NCBI GenBank assembly: GCA_965203295.1
Contig: CBDBCZ010000017.1
Span: 1,216,001-1,280,000, forward strand
DNA: 64,000 nt
DNA from: Nitrospirales bacterium
GTDB lineage: Bacteria; Nitrospirota; Nitrospiria; Nitrospirales; UBA8639
Reading direction: 5' to 3'
Numbering within the stretch: the stretch's first letter is position 1; each line of letters opens with the position of its first letter. Below, one piece after another: positions 1-23,579 of this stretch. The notes below the pieces were generated by a model, which saw only the letters and a program-made list of their open reading frames with translations, was not told where the DNA came from and did no database searches. The position numbers and the translations under genes are program-made.

Positions 1-214
1 CGCCCCTGCCTCTGGACACTCTACTGTGTTCAGGATATGCTTTCTTAATGTAAATTTACCCCTGAAATGAGGACACTTTGAATTCTCTATACAGGACACT
101 TCATTAGGTCCCAAAGGTGTCCACAATAGAGGGGTCCCTGAAATGAGGACACTTCACTAGGTCCCCAAGGTGTCCACAATAGAGGAGTTCCACTGTATAT
201 ATGGTTTGACTGAC

Positions 215-13716
<13,502 letters not shown>

Positions 13717-13756
13717 ATTATTACAACTGGCTCAAACCTGGAGGGAAGTTGGTAGT

Positions 13757-13935
13757 GGGGTGGGGGAGGGGTGGGGGAGGGGAGGGGAGGGCAGGGGAGG
13801 GGAGGGCAGGGGAGGGGAGGGAAGGGGAGGGGAGGGGAGGGGAGGGGAGGGGAGGGGAGGGGAGGGAGGAGAGGGGAGGGGGAGGGGAGGGGAGGGGAGG
13901 GGAGGGGAGGGGAGGAGAGGAGAGGGGAGGGGAGG
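13757..13935. repeat. (GGGGA)n pentanucleotide microsatellite
   Basis: Pure-purine repeat about 20 nt from the CDCA7 acceptor at 13738-13739. Confidence 0.95.
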
Positions 13936-14469
13936 ATAAACAGTTTGAATCATGCTACATGTACATGCATATGTTGCAATTGAATCGTTTCATATAGGTG
14001 TAGGAATGTTTTTATCTTCAGAGTAGTCTCCAAGCACAGTGTGGAAAACTTTTATAGGGGCTCACTCAAATTACACTAGACAAGATCCCACCCATCACTG
14101 CATGACCCAGACACACATAATAAGCTCATAAACCATTAGGTGTTTACAAGAACCTTATAACTGAGGCATTGTCCTCATTTCTAATTTAGCTACCTGGTAG
14201 CTAGGCGTGCAAGGACGCTAGTCAACAAGCTGTGCTCTGGGGACTGGGACGAGACTAACACTGGTCTGTATAACGAGGCCAGGGCAAGGTAACGTATGAA
14301 CAGGCAAAATAATTATTTCTGCCAACCTTTCTTCAGCGTCAGCACAACTGATGTGCAAAGCATAAGATAAGATGGGAGTTTTCCAGGCTTTGTTCTCACA
14401 GCTTTCGTCCTTCCCAGCCTCGCGGCAAACTAGCGCCAAAACAGACTTTGTACGCATGCGTAGAACTTG

Positions 14470-14560
14470 AACACGTGTTCGTTTCCATAGCGCGCGTCAT
14501 GTCACGCGCTTGCGTGTGATTTATCACGTGTCTGGCGGGAAACATTTTTGAGTTCGAACG
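14470..14560. promoter_or_regulatory. Probable bidirectional promoter with E-boxes and an E2F site
   Basis: CACGTG at 14472 and 14525; TGGCGGGAAA at 14533-14542; CpG-rich; lies between two divergent genes. Confidence 0.5.
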
Positions 14561-14599
14561 GTCTCCTCACAGAATACACAGCTGCAGGACTACAGTACA

Positions 14600-17135
14600 A
14601 TGGAGGTTAGTTCAAACTGATTGGTCTGGCTAGGGTGGCTATAGGTTAGCTACCTTGCAGATTAAAAACGTAACTTAAGTTTACTCTTAGTCTCGTTCCT
14701 AGGTTCTCCCGTGCGAAGGTCTGGGAACAAGGCTAACTTAGTCCAGTTTGTACGGGTTTGAAGCTCGCTTTGAACCCATTGGTCCCACTCTTACGTGACA
14801 CAGACCTAGTCTCGCGAGCCAGCCGGCTTTTCAAAAACCGGCTGGCTCGTGAGACTAGCACAGACCCTGATTTACCTTAGTCTCGTACCCAGAGCCCTCC
14901 CCATTCTCCCCACGGTAAAGTTGAGAGTGGGGAGGGCTCTGGGTACGAGACTAGACGTACCTCTTAGAATAGTAATTTGTAAGACATTCTCATCCACCTG
15001 TCAAAAATTGAGACTATTTGGCAGTATTGCCTGGACGAAGTAGACATTTCATTCCCTGACCTTTCAGAGATTTTAGCAGTTGGTCTGGGTACGAGGTCGT
15101 TTCAATACAATTCCTCCCAAGGCAGGAAGGCTTGTGGTGATATTCACAGTGGCAGATGCTAGTGCAACAGTACTAATAGACAAATACCGAGTTGCACGAA
15201 GTGCATGGAGTAGTTCGGTAACATCACTGGTATGGAGATATGCCCAAAATCTCTTGAATTGCGAATAAGATGCAGACACTGACCTAAAAGTAAAGGGCGT
15301 AGCTATTTAGGAGTGCATACATGTACATGTACATTTGAATTACGCATTGCGCGCTTGTGCACGTGGCTGTATCTCGATACAGACACAATGCAACTAGCAA
15401 TGGTACATATAATTACACCTCTAGGCCCTACCATAACCCTATCTCTAACCCCTAACCCCAACTTACACTTCGTACTAAACCAATAGCCGGTAGGTAAAGT
15501 GCCAGTGGAATAGCCTTAGATCTAGGTTTTTGTAATAATAATCACTTACAAAAAGTAGGTCTTTGACGTGGGCAAATTCATAATGGGGTTCTTGCTCCGC
15601 CCAGAGCCCAGACAGTAGCTGGATGCAGTGTACCCTCTGCCGGACCAGCAGGGAGGGGTGCAACACCCTGAGGAGAGCCAGGGACAGAGGCGTGGCCTGG
15701 CCCGAACCCAACATGGGAATGGGCAATCCAATCGAAGTGAGTTTGAGATGACAGTTCCACATATACATGTATACATGTAGCCGTTCTGGCTGTTAGGGCC
15801 ATGCTATTTTTGGGGGACTGTTGTTTTTAGGAGACCTATACGAAGCGTAATGATTAGGATATTGGTACAAACCATACTTATACCATACCTAGCTCAAACT
15901 GACCAATCAGCTTACAGTATTCGAGGGAAATAACGGGCCATATTTCCCGCGGACAGATCAAAGAAAGCATTGTCGTGGACTTGCCTGCCGCCTTTGGACC
16001 TTCACCAGTCTTCGTAGGCATGGTACAAGCCAGATATTACTCTGGCACTCGCGAAATATGACCCGTTAATTCCCTCGCGCCAGGGTAATATCCTATACTC
16101 AATTAGAATGCTAGGTCCCCATATAAGGTCAGAGGCCCGCCTAAAGCAAAAAGCTGCAGCTTCTGGTCAGCCATAGGAGTTACTGGTTACCTCCAGGTGC
16201 TACTAAACTATCTGATGATTGTCTGCATACGGTTAGGCCGTTCTCATTTAACAAATACATGTACATGTAGAACATTGTACATGTATATGCAACATGCACG
16301 AGAGTCTGTAAGTCTTGTATTGTAAGCTGCCTGCCTTTGTGTGTAATGCATGGCATTCGATCTGTTGGCTGTGGACCAAGTGTCTTTGCTGTATTTTCTC
16401 CCAGGAGCCAGTGATCCACACTAGCCTGGACGACGCCTTTGCCAGCATGCTGCAGTTCATGAGCATCAGTACCAGGAAGTGCAAGGTGGGCTTTAGGCTA
16501 GCCTCGTTCCCAGGCTTTTTCGCATGCATGAAAAAAAGCTGGGCAGAAGAGCCTGGGAACGAGGCTAGCTATAGGTTTGGGCAGCAAGGTAGAATGTATG
16601 TTAGATACATTCTGTGAATCAAATTTAATACTATTTACACATGTATGTTGCATTGCGCATTGTATAAAATGCACTACACATTGTATCTTTAAACTGCGCA
16701 GCACTAAATTAACCCTATCCCTAATTCTAACCCTAACCCCAACTGTAACCCTAGACTAAGTCCCAACTGTAAGCCTAGCTAGCACTATCAATTCTAAAAT
16801 GCACAGCGTAATTTATAAACTGTGTAAATGTGCCCAACAAATGTATGTCACGCAGGAGTGCTGCAAACTAGAGATGTTTGTTGGTGTTTTGAATATAAAA
16901 ACTATACACGTACATGTATTAGTTGGGCCGTTAGTTTATAATTACAGAGCATGTTTTCTGATGGACCTCACATTAATGCGCACATTATCCATCTCCTTTA
17001 TGTTGGCTTTCCCTCCTGTAGCGCTACCACGGCAGCCACGCCCCTCACATCAGAGGGTCTCGGGAGGAGCAACATTCTCTGCGGTTTCACTCTCCTCTCT
17101 ACACTCCCGCCATCACCTCCAACCCCGTGAGCTAG
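14600..17135 (+). CDS. Hypothetical 66-aa protein; exons 14600-14605, 16405-16485, 17022-17135
   Basis: ATGGAG|gttagt; ctcccag|EPVIHTSLDDAFASMLQFMSISTRKCK|gtgggc; ctgtag|RYHGSH...NPVS*. All junctions phase 0; AATAAA at about 17458. Confidence 0.55.
14688..14952. mobile_element. Three adjacent short TAG-ended MITEs (AcademH-like)
   Basis: TAGTCTCG...CGAGACTA hairpins with degenerate 9-bp TSDs (ACACAGACC/GCACAGACC; GATTTACCT/GACGTACCT). Confidence 0.7.
16499..16567. mobile_element. AcademH-like MITE
   Basis: TAGCCTCGTTCCCAGGC...GCCTGGGAACGAGGCTA; 9-bp flanks GCTTTAGGC / GCTATAGGT. Confidence 0.7.
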
Positions 17136-17164
17136 CCCTAGTTAATACCCTTGTTCCCAGTCCC

Positions 17165-17330
17165 AGGAATGGGGGACTGGGAATGGGGCTGCCCTGTCTC
17201 TACTCCCCGGCTGGGAACGGGGGACTGGGAATGGGGCTGCCCAGTCTCTACTCCCCAGCTGGGAACGAGGGACTGGGAATGGGGCTGCCCAGTCTCTACT
17301 CCCCAGCTGGGAACGGGGGACTGGGAATGG
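17165..17330. repeat. 48-bp tandem repeat, about 3.4 copies
   Basis: GGGGACTGGGAATGGGGCTGCCCAGTCTCTACTCCCCAGCTGGGAACG repeated. Confidence 0.9.
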
Positions 17331-18284
17331 TCTGCTGTGTTTATGAAATAGCGGTTAGTCCCCACCCTAGCATCATCTCCTGAAGTTGCCTTAACCAGCC
17401 TCGTCCCCAATCTGAATGTTTGTAGTATTGATTGTACACTTTGTTGTCATACATGTAAATAAACGTGTAATTTAGCTTGTACTGTGTACCTAAGCAGTGT
17501 ATTTTGAGCAACTAGTGTACATCCATGTACCCTTGTACATTAGCCTCGCGTAGCCAGCCCCTCGTGAAAAATGGAGAGCCTGGTCCAATGCCCGAGGAAT
17601 GTGGGTGGAGGCTAAATTAAGCGGGTGTTAGTCACTTAATTTACAATGTAGTGGTGTTGTAATAAATCATTATCTTCGCACGTGAGCGATACGTAGCAGC
17701 GAGCTGTCTCGATACCCAGGTTCCACAGTGAATGTTTTGCTGTTTGTTCAATCTGAAAATCCCAAGAATGCATGGTTACCGTATCCCTTCTTCCCAGCTT
17801 TCCAAGCCCACCAGTGTCCAGGTGAATGCTGCTCCGGGAACCTACTCTATTTCAGCTGCCAGAGCTCACAAGGAAACAACTCACGTAGTCCGGTTAGAAC
17901 CGGGAAAGTCCGTCAGTGTAACTTTATCGGTGTGACTGCTCCTTGCATATACTCTCAGTCTGCATATGTAGTCCAATTCACCACCAGCAGTTTTATTTTC
18001 CACTGCCACGCATGCAGTGATTTTGCCTTATAGCTATACTCACAAGTCCCTCTTGCATCCTTTTTATCACCATCATCGAGTATTTATGAGAAGCCTCGGA
18101 GGTTGTATTGGGTGTGAAATTTGTGTCTGGTAACTAGGGAATGAATGCAGCAGTGTATCCACGCAGCTGATGATAGTTGGTAAATTAAATGTACAAGAAG
18201 AAAGTAGCCGTAACTTCATACACACAACAGTAAAAGAGTTCACTCCCAGTGTGGTTAGTGTCATGTCCCCTCTGAGATTTAGCA

Positions 18285-18860
18285 AAGAATAGTGCACCCA
18301 ACTGAAGTTGGGCCCTGAATATCTAGTGTGCAATACAACCCACTGCAGCTCAGCTCTAATTAGTGTGCAATGCAACCTACTGAGGTTCAGCCCTGACTAG
18401 TGTGCAATGCAACCTGCTGAGGTTCAGCCCTGAATAGTGTGCAATGCAACCTACTGAAGTTCAGCCCTGAATAGTGTGCAATACAACCTACTGAGGTTCA
18501 GCCTTGAGTAGACTACAGACAGACGGATAGATAGATATAGATAGATAGGTGAATAGATAGGTGGATAGATAGATAGATAGATACATAGATAGTAGATAGA
18601 TAGATATCGATAGAGTGCAGTGGTCTGAGAAGCCGGATTGTCAGAACAACCTCCGTTTGTTGACTCTTCTGGCTTGCGGAAGTGCTTTATTCCAGTCCAA
18701 TCACCGTTTTCCCACACAGTCCAGAACCGCTTCATTCCAGCAGAGCACGCTTTGGAAATTGCAAAACGTAGCACTTTGGCAGCACATCCATTTTTTGGTA
18801 TAGATAGATAGATAGATAGATAGATAGACAGACAGACGGACAGACAGACAGACATATATA
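18285..18860. repeat. ~37-bp tandem repeat followed by two (GATA)n/(GACA)n tracts
   Basis: CTGAGGTTCAGCCCTGAATAGTGTGCAATGCAACCTA x ~5; GATA runs at about 18527-18612 and 18800-18855. Confidence 0.88.
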
Positions 18861-19799
18861 GAATATTGTATTTTAGTGACAGGCATAAACAAAAATGCCC
18901 TCCTAAAAGGCCTATGAGTCACATAAATACAAAACACAAACAAATAAAAGTGGACAATGCTTATGGAGTTAAAGTCACAACCCAGATTTGTAAATAGATG
19001 TTTACCAATTAAATTACTACGACTATTAGCACAAAGTAAATTTATTAATAATTATTGTGAAGAGAGAAGAGAAAGAAGAGTCTATGCAGGAAATAATATA
19101 TTGGAAGATCTCTGCTGGTCCAATGCCTTGAAAGTCAATACATAATGAAAGTCAGATTTGACCTTGCCAGAAGAACAAAGTTTGCAGGTCGGAAGGTGCA
19201 TGGTATGGGGTTTTAGGAAGATGGTATATCAACCTGTTTCTATTTGAAGAGGAAGGCAGCCCCTACCTACCTCTGAGGGCTGCGATGATCCAGCGGTGAC
19301 CCTTACAGTGGATGTTGCTGCATGAGATAATGCTTAGGACCAGGTAAATATTCTTTAGTTTAGCAGCCTACCCCCTGAGTCCAAGCACTTCTGATTAGCC
19401 TTTAACTTTAGTTTAGAAGTTATTTTTTGTCTGGGTAAAAGACTAGTTACATTGGATGAATTCAAGTTTGTGTCAAGACTGATATGGCGAAGTAAGTTTT
19501 TAACATGAAAATACCAGGTGGCTTTACCCTTATTGGCTAATGTGAGTGGTCAATTAAAAATCTTTTGGGTTATTACAGTTGTCATCCACACTGGAAAGGC
19601 GAAACCATAGTTTTAATAAAAAACTCTAGTTGGTACATATATGTACCAAGCTGGAATTCATCCCGGGTCCCCCTCTGGTAGATCTACTGGCCAGTTTTTG
19701 CTAACACCCATAATGCATAGATTTGTTCTTGATGGTTTGTATTAGAGGGACAATAGTGTACAATGCAACCTATACTGAGGGTCAGCCCTGAATTGTGTG

Positions 19800-20230
19800 C
19801 AACGCGCGCAACAATTCCAGTATGACAGTGACTTGGAAGATGCCAAATTCTTCTCAGGACCTTGTTGAAGGCAACCTCAATGTGATACAGGGCAGGACCA
19901 GAGCCATAGAGAGGGAGACAGTAAGTCTGGAATAAATGAGTTAAAATAGCAGGACTGACACGAGGAAAGGAGGCTAATAAACAGTTGGCCTTCTTAACCA
20001 TGTCACACAACTTTTGGTTAACATCAGGAACATCGCTCAAATTGTAGTGAAGAAGATGCCTGAGATGCATGACCGTGTCAAGAAAAGAAAGCTGGTGATC
20101 GCAAAGAGTGAACAAGCCATACAAGAGGAAGATGGAGTCCGGGATCGAAAAGCGAATGAGTTGGGTCTTAGTGGGATTGAAACAAAGACTACGCTTGCTG
20201 GCAAATTCTTCACAACAACGAAAATGCTCC
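19800..20230 (-). pseudogene. Non-LTR retrotransposon reverse transcriptase, C-terminal fragment
   Basis: CEEFASKRSLCFNPTKTQLIRF...KKANCLLASF...LFQTYCLPLYGS...FNKVLRRIWHLP, typical of the end of a LINE RT and thumb region. Confidence 0.8.
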
Positions 20231-20479
20231 AGCAAAGTGAGAGTCCCAAAAACAACCAACACCGAGGTTGCACAAATCATGTAGTAACTCATCAATGTAG
20301 ATAAGGTGTAAAGAGTAGCTATATCAGGTGTGAACAGTGCCTATATAAACTTCAAAGGCAATCACCTAGCAATGAGCTATAAATCTGTTTATAAGCCCTC
20401 CCCCTCGGGCTTATAAATCAGCAACATCACTTGTGAGGGTGATATAACTATTATGATTATAGATATATATAATAATATA

Positions 20480-20750
20480 TATACCATATGCATGTTGCTA
20501 TGGAAACAGAAAGTGGATATACACCTCATCAAAATTCGACATGATATAATACATGTAATATAATGAACCATGTCCATGCAATCGATGAATATCATTTCTA
20601 TATTCCCAGAAACCTCCGAACACCAGCAGGTGGTATAGCAATGATATTCATCAATCAGTGGACGTGGTTCATATGCTATAATATCATGTCGAATTTTGAT
20701 GAGGTGTATATCCACTTTCCGTTTCCATAGCAAGATGGTATATATAGCTA
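20480..20750. mobile_element. Fold-back / MITE with ~70-bp inverted arms
   Basis: TTGCTATGGAAACAGAAAGTGGATATACACCTCATCAAAATTCGACATGATAT recurs in inverted form at about 20680-20733. Confidence 0.7.
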
Positions 20751-20970
20751 TATAAACGCTAGCTGAGATTCTGAGCCCATATGTCACGAATATTGGCCTC
20801 GCTGTGCTCGGCAATTATACTGGTGACACATTAACAACTGTGCATACATGTACACAATGCACTGACCGTGCATGTTAGTATACCAACACTATACCGTTGT
20901 CAGAGTCGTGAGTGACTCCGCAGCAGGAGTGACTCCCTGTAGCAAAATTAAATTCAGTTATGATCGGCTC

Positions 20971-21651
20971 TTACTCTTTTTTCTTGCAGTGTGGGCATCC
21001 TGGCGTACACTGGAGGCCCTCCTTGGTGTGGTAGCGACGGTGCGAATCTTCAGTGAAATTGCCTTTCTCAAATACTTCTTTTTGGTCAGTTTCCCTGATC
21101 GTCAGGTCCCGGGGCTTCCAATAACCTTCGCTGTTGATAAACGGCCCACCCTCAACGATCAGCCAAGATCCTTTTCCACCTCCATAGCATCCCTCCTTTT
21201 CAAATTTCAGCTTGCTTCCCTCAAAAGCCTTGCGTAAATCTTCCTGATATTTCTCAGCACTTTCGTAGGGACCGATATCTGATTCCGAGTCTTTAGACGG
21301 CTTCTGCTTGGTGTTTTTAGCGTTTGATCCAGCCCCCACGATACCTCCAGCCAGGTTTAGCAAACGTGGTTCCACGAACAACAATGCGGCGCCAGCTACA
21401 ACAGCGGCGCCGCCCCCAATCAGAACAGCTAGTGTCACTTCTTTCGCAACTTGGAGCTTCGTTATATCGTTGCTTCCATCTGGCTGTCGAGCAAAAGCGA
21501 TAACTGTGTACCAGACTGCCCCTGGCCTCCTGTAGAAAATCTCTCCGTATTTAACGCTGTTTTCAAAGTAGTGCATGGCGGCCATTGATAAGCCAACGTT
21601 GATTTCTTGTAGAGACGAGTTGTTTAACACGCCGAATCCTCCGTTCCCCAT
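20971..21651 (-). CDS. Intronless hypothetical protein, 226 aa, with a central Gly/Ala-rich hydrophobic segment
   Basis: Clean ATG-TAA ORF with coding-like composition; TATAAAA about 110 nt upstream; segment VTLAVLIGGGAAVVAGAALLFV. Confidence 0.7.
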   Translation of the reverse strand: MGNGGFGVLNNSSLQEINVGLSMAAMHYFENSVKYGEIFYRRPGAVWYTVIAFARQPDGSNDITKLQVAKEVTLAVLIGGGAAVVAGAALLFVEPRLLNLAGGIVGAGSNAKNTKQKPSKDSESDIGPYESAEKYQEDLRKAFEGSKLKFEKEGCYGGGKGSWLIVEGGPFINSEGYWKPRDLTIRETDQKEVFEKGNFTEDSHRRYHTKEGLQCTPGCPHCKKKE

Positions 21652-21829
21652 CCTCAGATCCTGCTTAGAAGACTATACTGACTGGTGAAGTGGTTAACAA
21701 CGAGACGCTACGAATACGCGCAGTGTCTACGACTTGTACTAGTCGTCTCGTCGACCACCGTTTTATAATTATAATGTTGTGTGGACATTACGTAATAATT
21801 AACTACGTTATTATGCAATTGCAGTGAAT

Positions 21830-22085
21830 AGCAGCTTTTGGAGGTTTGCAGGCCAAGCTACAGCAAATGAAGGTAGTTTTGTGTTGCCTAGATGGCGAAA
21901 ACGTGGTAGGTATCCGTAAAGATCCCGGTTTCTTGGCATATAGCTACTAACTGGAGGCGCATGACGAAACTGCCGCGCTCAGCACTTTCGCTGTACCGCT
22001 CTAAGAATATAGTATCTCCTGCTCTACAGCTGTAGTTTAATAGCATGGCCTAAGCTGAGCTGTGTGTATTGTACGGGAAAGGCGT
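21830..22085. repeat. Dispersed repeat, with an inverted copy at about 39845-40150
   Basis: GCTTTTGGAGGTTTGCAGGCCAAGCTACAGCAAATGAAGGTAG... matches the reverse complement near 40105-40145. Confidence 0.75.
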
Positions 22086-22180
22086 CCGGCTGGTTTTTTA
22101 GACATGAAATGTCAGGCTTGTTCTGTCTCGGCCACATTTGGCCCATGAGACACACACAAAACGAGTACAAATACGTATAG

Positions 22181-22312
22181 GATAGACCACGCCAAAGAGT
22201 GGGTTATGCGCCTATATAACCCACGAGTTTGCGGTTATCCCGAGGCGAAGCCGAGGGATAAATGCAAACAAGTGGGTTAAAGCGCATAACACACGAGTGG
22301 GTGTGGTCTATC
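22181..22312. repeat. Imperfect palindrome with a central GCGAAGC mini-hairpin
   Basis: GATAGACCAC...GTGGTCTATC arms around CCCGAGGCGAAGCCGAGGG. Confidence 0.75.
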
Positions 22313-23579
22313 TCACTTATACCACGTTGCGCATGCGTACAATCTTCGCCGCGTAGCGACGTAGCGAACTGATAAAAGTGTGGGTTATGAACCTATGTAA
22401 CCCATACTTTTTAGCCAATCATTTTTATTGTTGATGATGTAATGTGGTATAAAAGATAGAACACTATAATAATTATATTACAACAGGGGTGGAAGTTGAA
22501 AACAAGATAAGTGTATAGGAGTGGGAAGGAATAGTGGAAGAATAGGTTTTTCTCTTTTTCTTATTTATGACGACACAGATGGTCCCACACGAAAAGGCAA
22601 AAGGTACCGATTTCTGTGGTGCTTACTGGTTGTACATCGTTAATTCGCTCAGATCTCCGCTGCTACATGAGATCAACGACGAAGGATTTCCATGAAGGGA
22701 GAGAAAACACTATTGTAATAATACGCCCTTTGCACACGAGCTGTTCTGATGGAGATCACTACATATTCCCAGCCCATTTGATTTGTTGATGTGGCTCTAT
22801 ACTAAATTCTAATGAAAGCATCCCATGTTTGTAGTCCAAGTCCATGCATCTAACCCCAAGCCTCACATTATTTTTGTACCCATTCCCAGCCCAATTGATT
22901 TGTTTGGTTGATGCAGCTCCATATTAAAATTTATACAAGTCTAATTCAGGCTTGAATTAAAGCATCCCATTTTTGTAGTCTAAGCTGTCCCGGCCCGACT
23001 CCATTCAATTACCCCCAAGCCTCACATTACTTTTGTACCCATTCCCAGCCCATTTGATAAATAGAGCTGTTGCAGTTGAGGACCTTGGAATCTTGATGGA
23101 GAGCTTGGGCATTAAGAATGCTTTTTTTCTAGTGACTATATTTTGCAACTATTTCCCCTGCAAAATTATGAGTGCTAAAAATGAAACCTGCATGAGAAGG
23201 GTAATATTCAAGGTATAGTCACAAGTATCTCATGCAAGTCATTGAGCTGAGACTGTTTCTATGCATCATCAGCACACATTGCATGTGGAGGCAAGACGGG
23301 CTCAGTACACTATCATTCTAATCACTTTTGCCATGCACACTTTGATTTCAGTATCAATGCAGTTTTGCAGGTAGCTAAACTCTGGGTTGTAATGAGTGAC
23401 ATTAAGTGTGCTCTAAACAAACACTGCAGGCTCATGCACACACAGAAACAATGCCCAACAGATATGTTGAGATAACTGTCTGGGCTGTTTCCTCCTTACT
23501 GTGAACAGAAATCATAGATGCATTCAGACATTCTAAACACAATGTATACATACAATTGTATAAATATTATACAATAATT

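Noticed and set aside
15060..15285. Exon-like minus-strand segment
   Set aside because: No recognisable protein, stops in the frames checked and no partner exons found.
16705..16780. Telomere-like TAACCC runs (also about 2082 and 15430)
   Set aside because: Short, degenerate and interstitial; probably parts of dispersed repeats.
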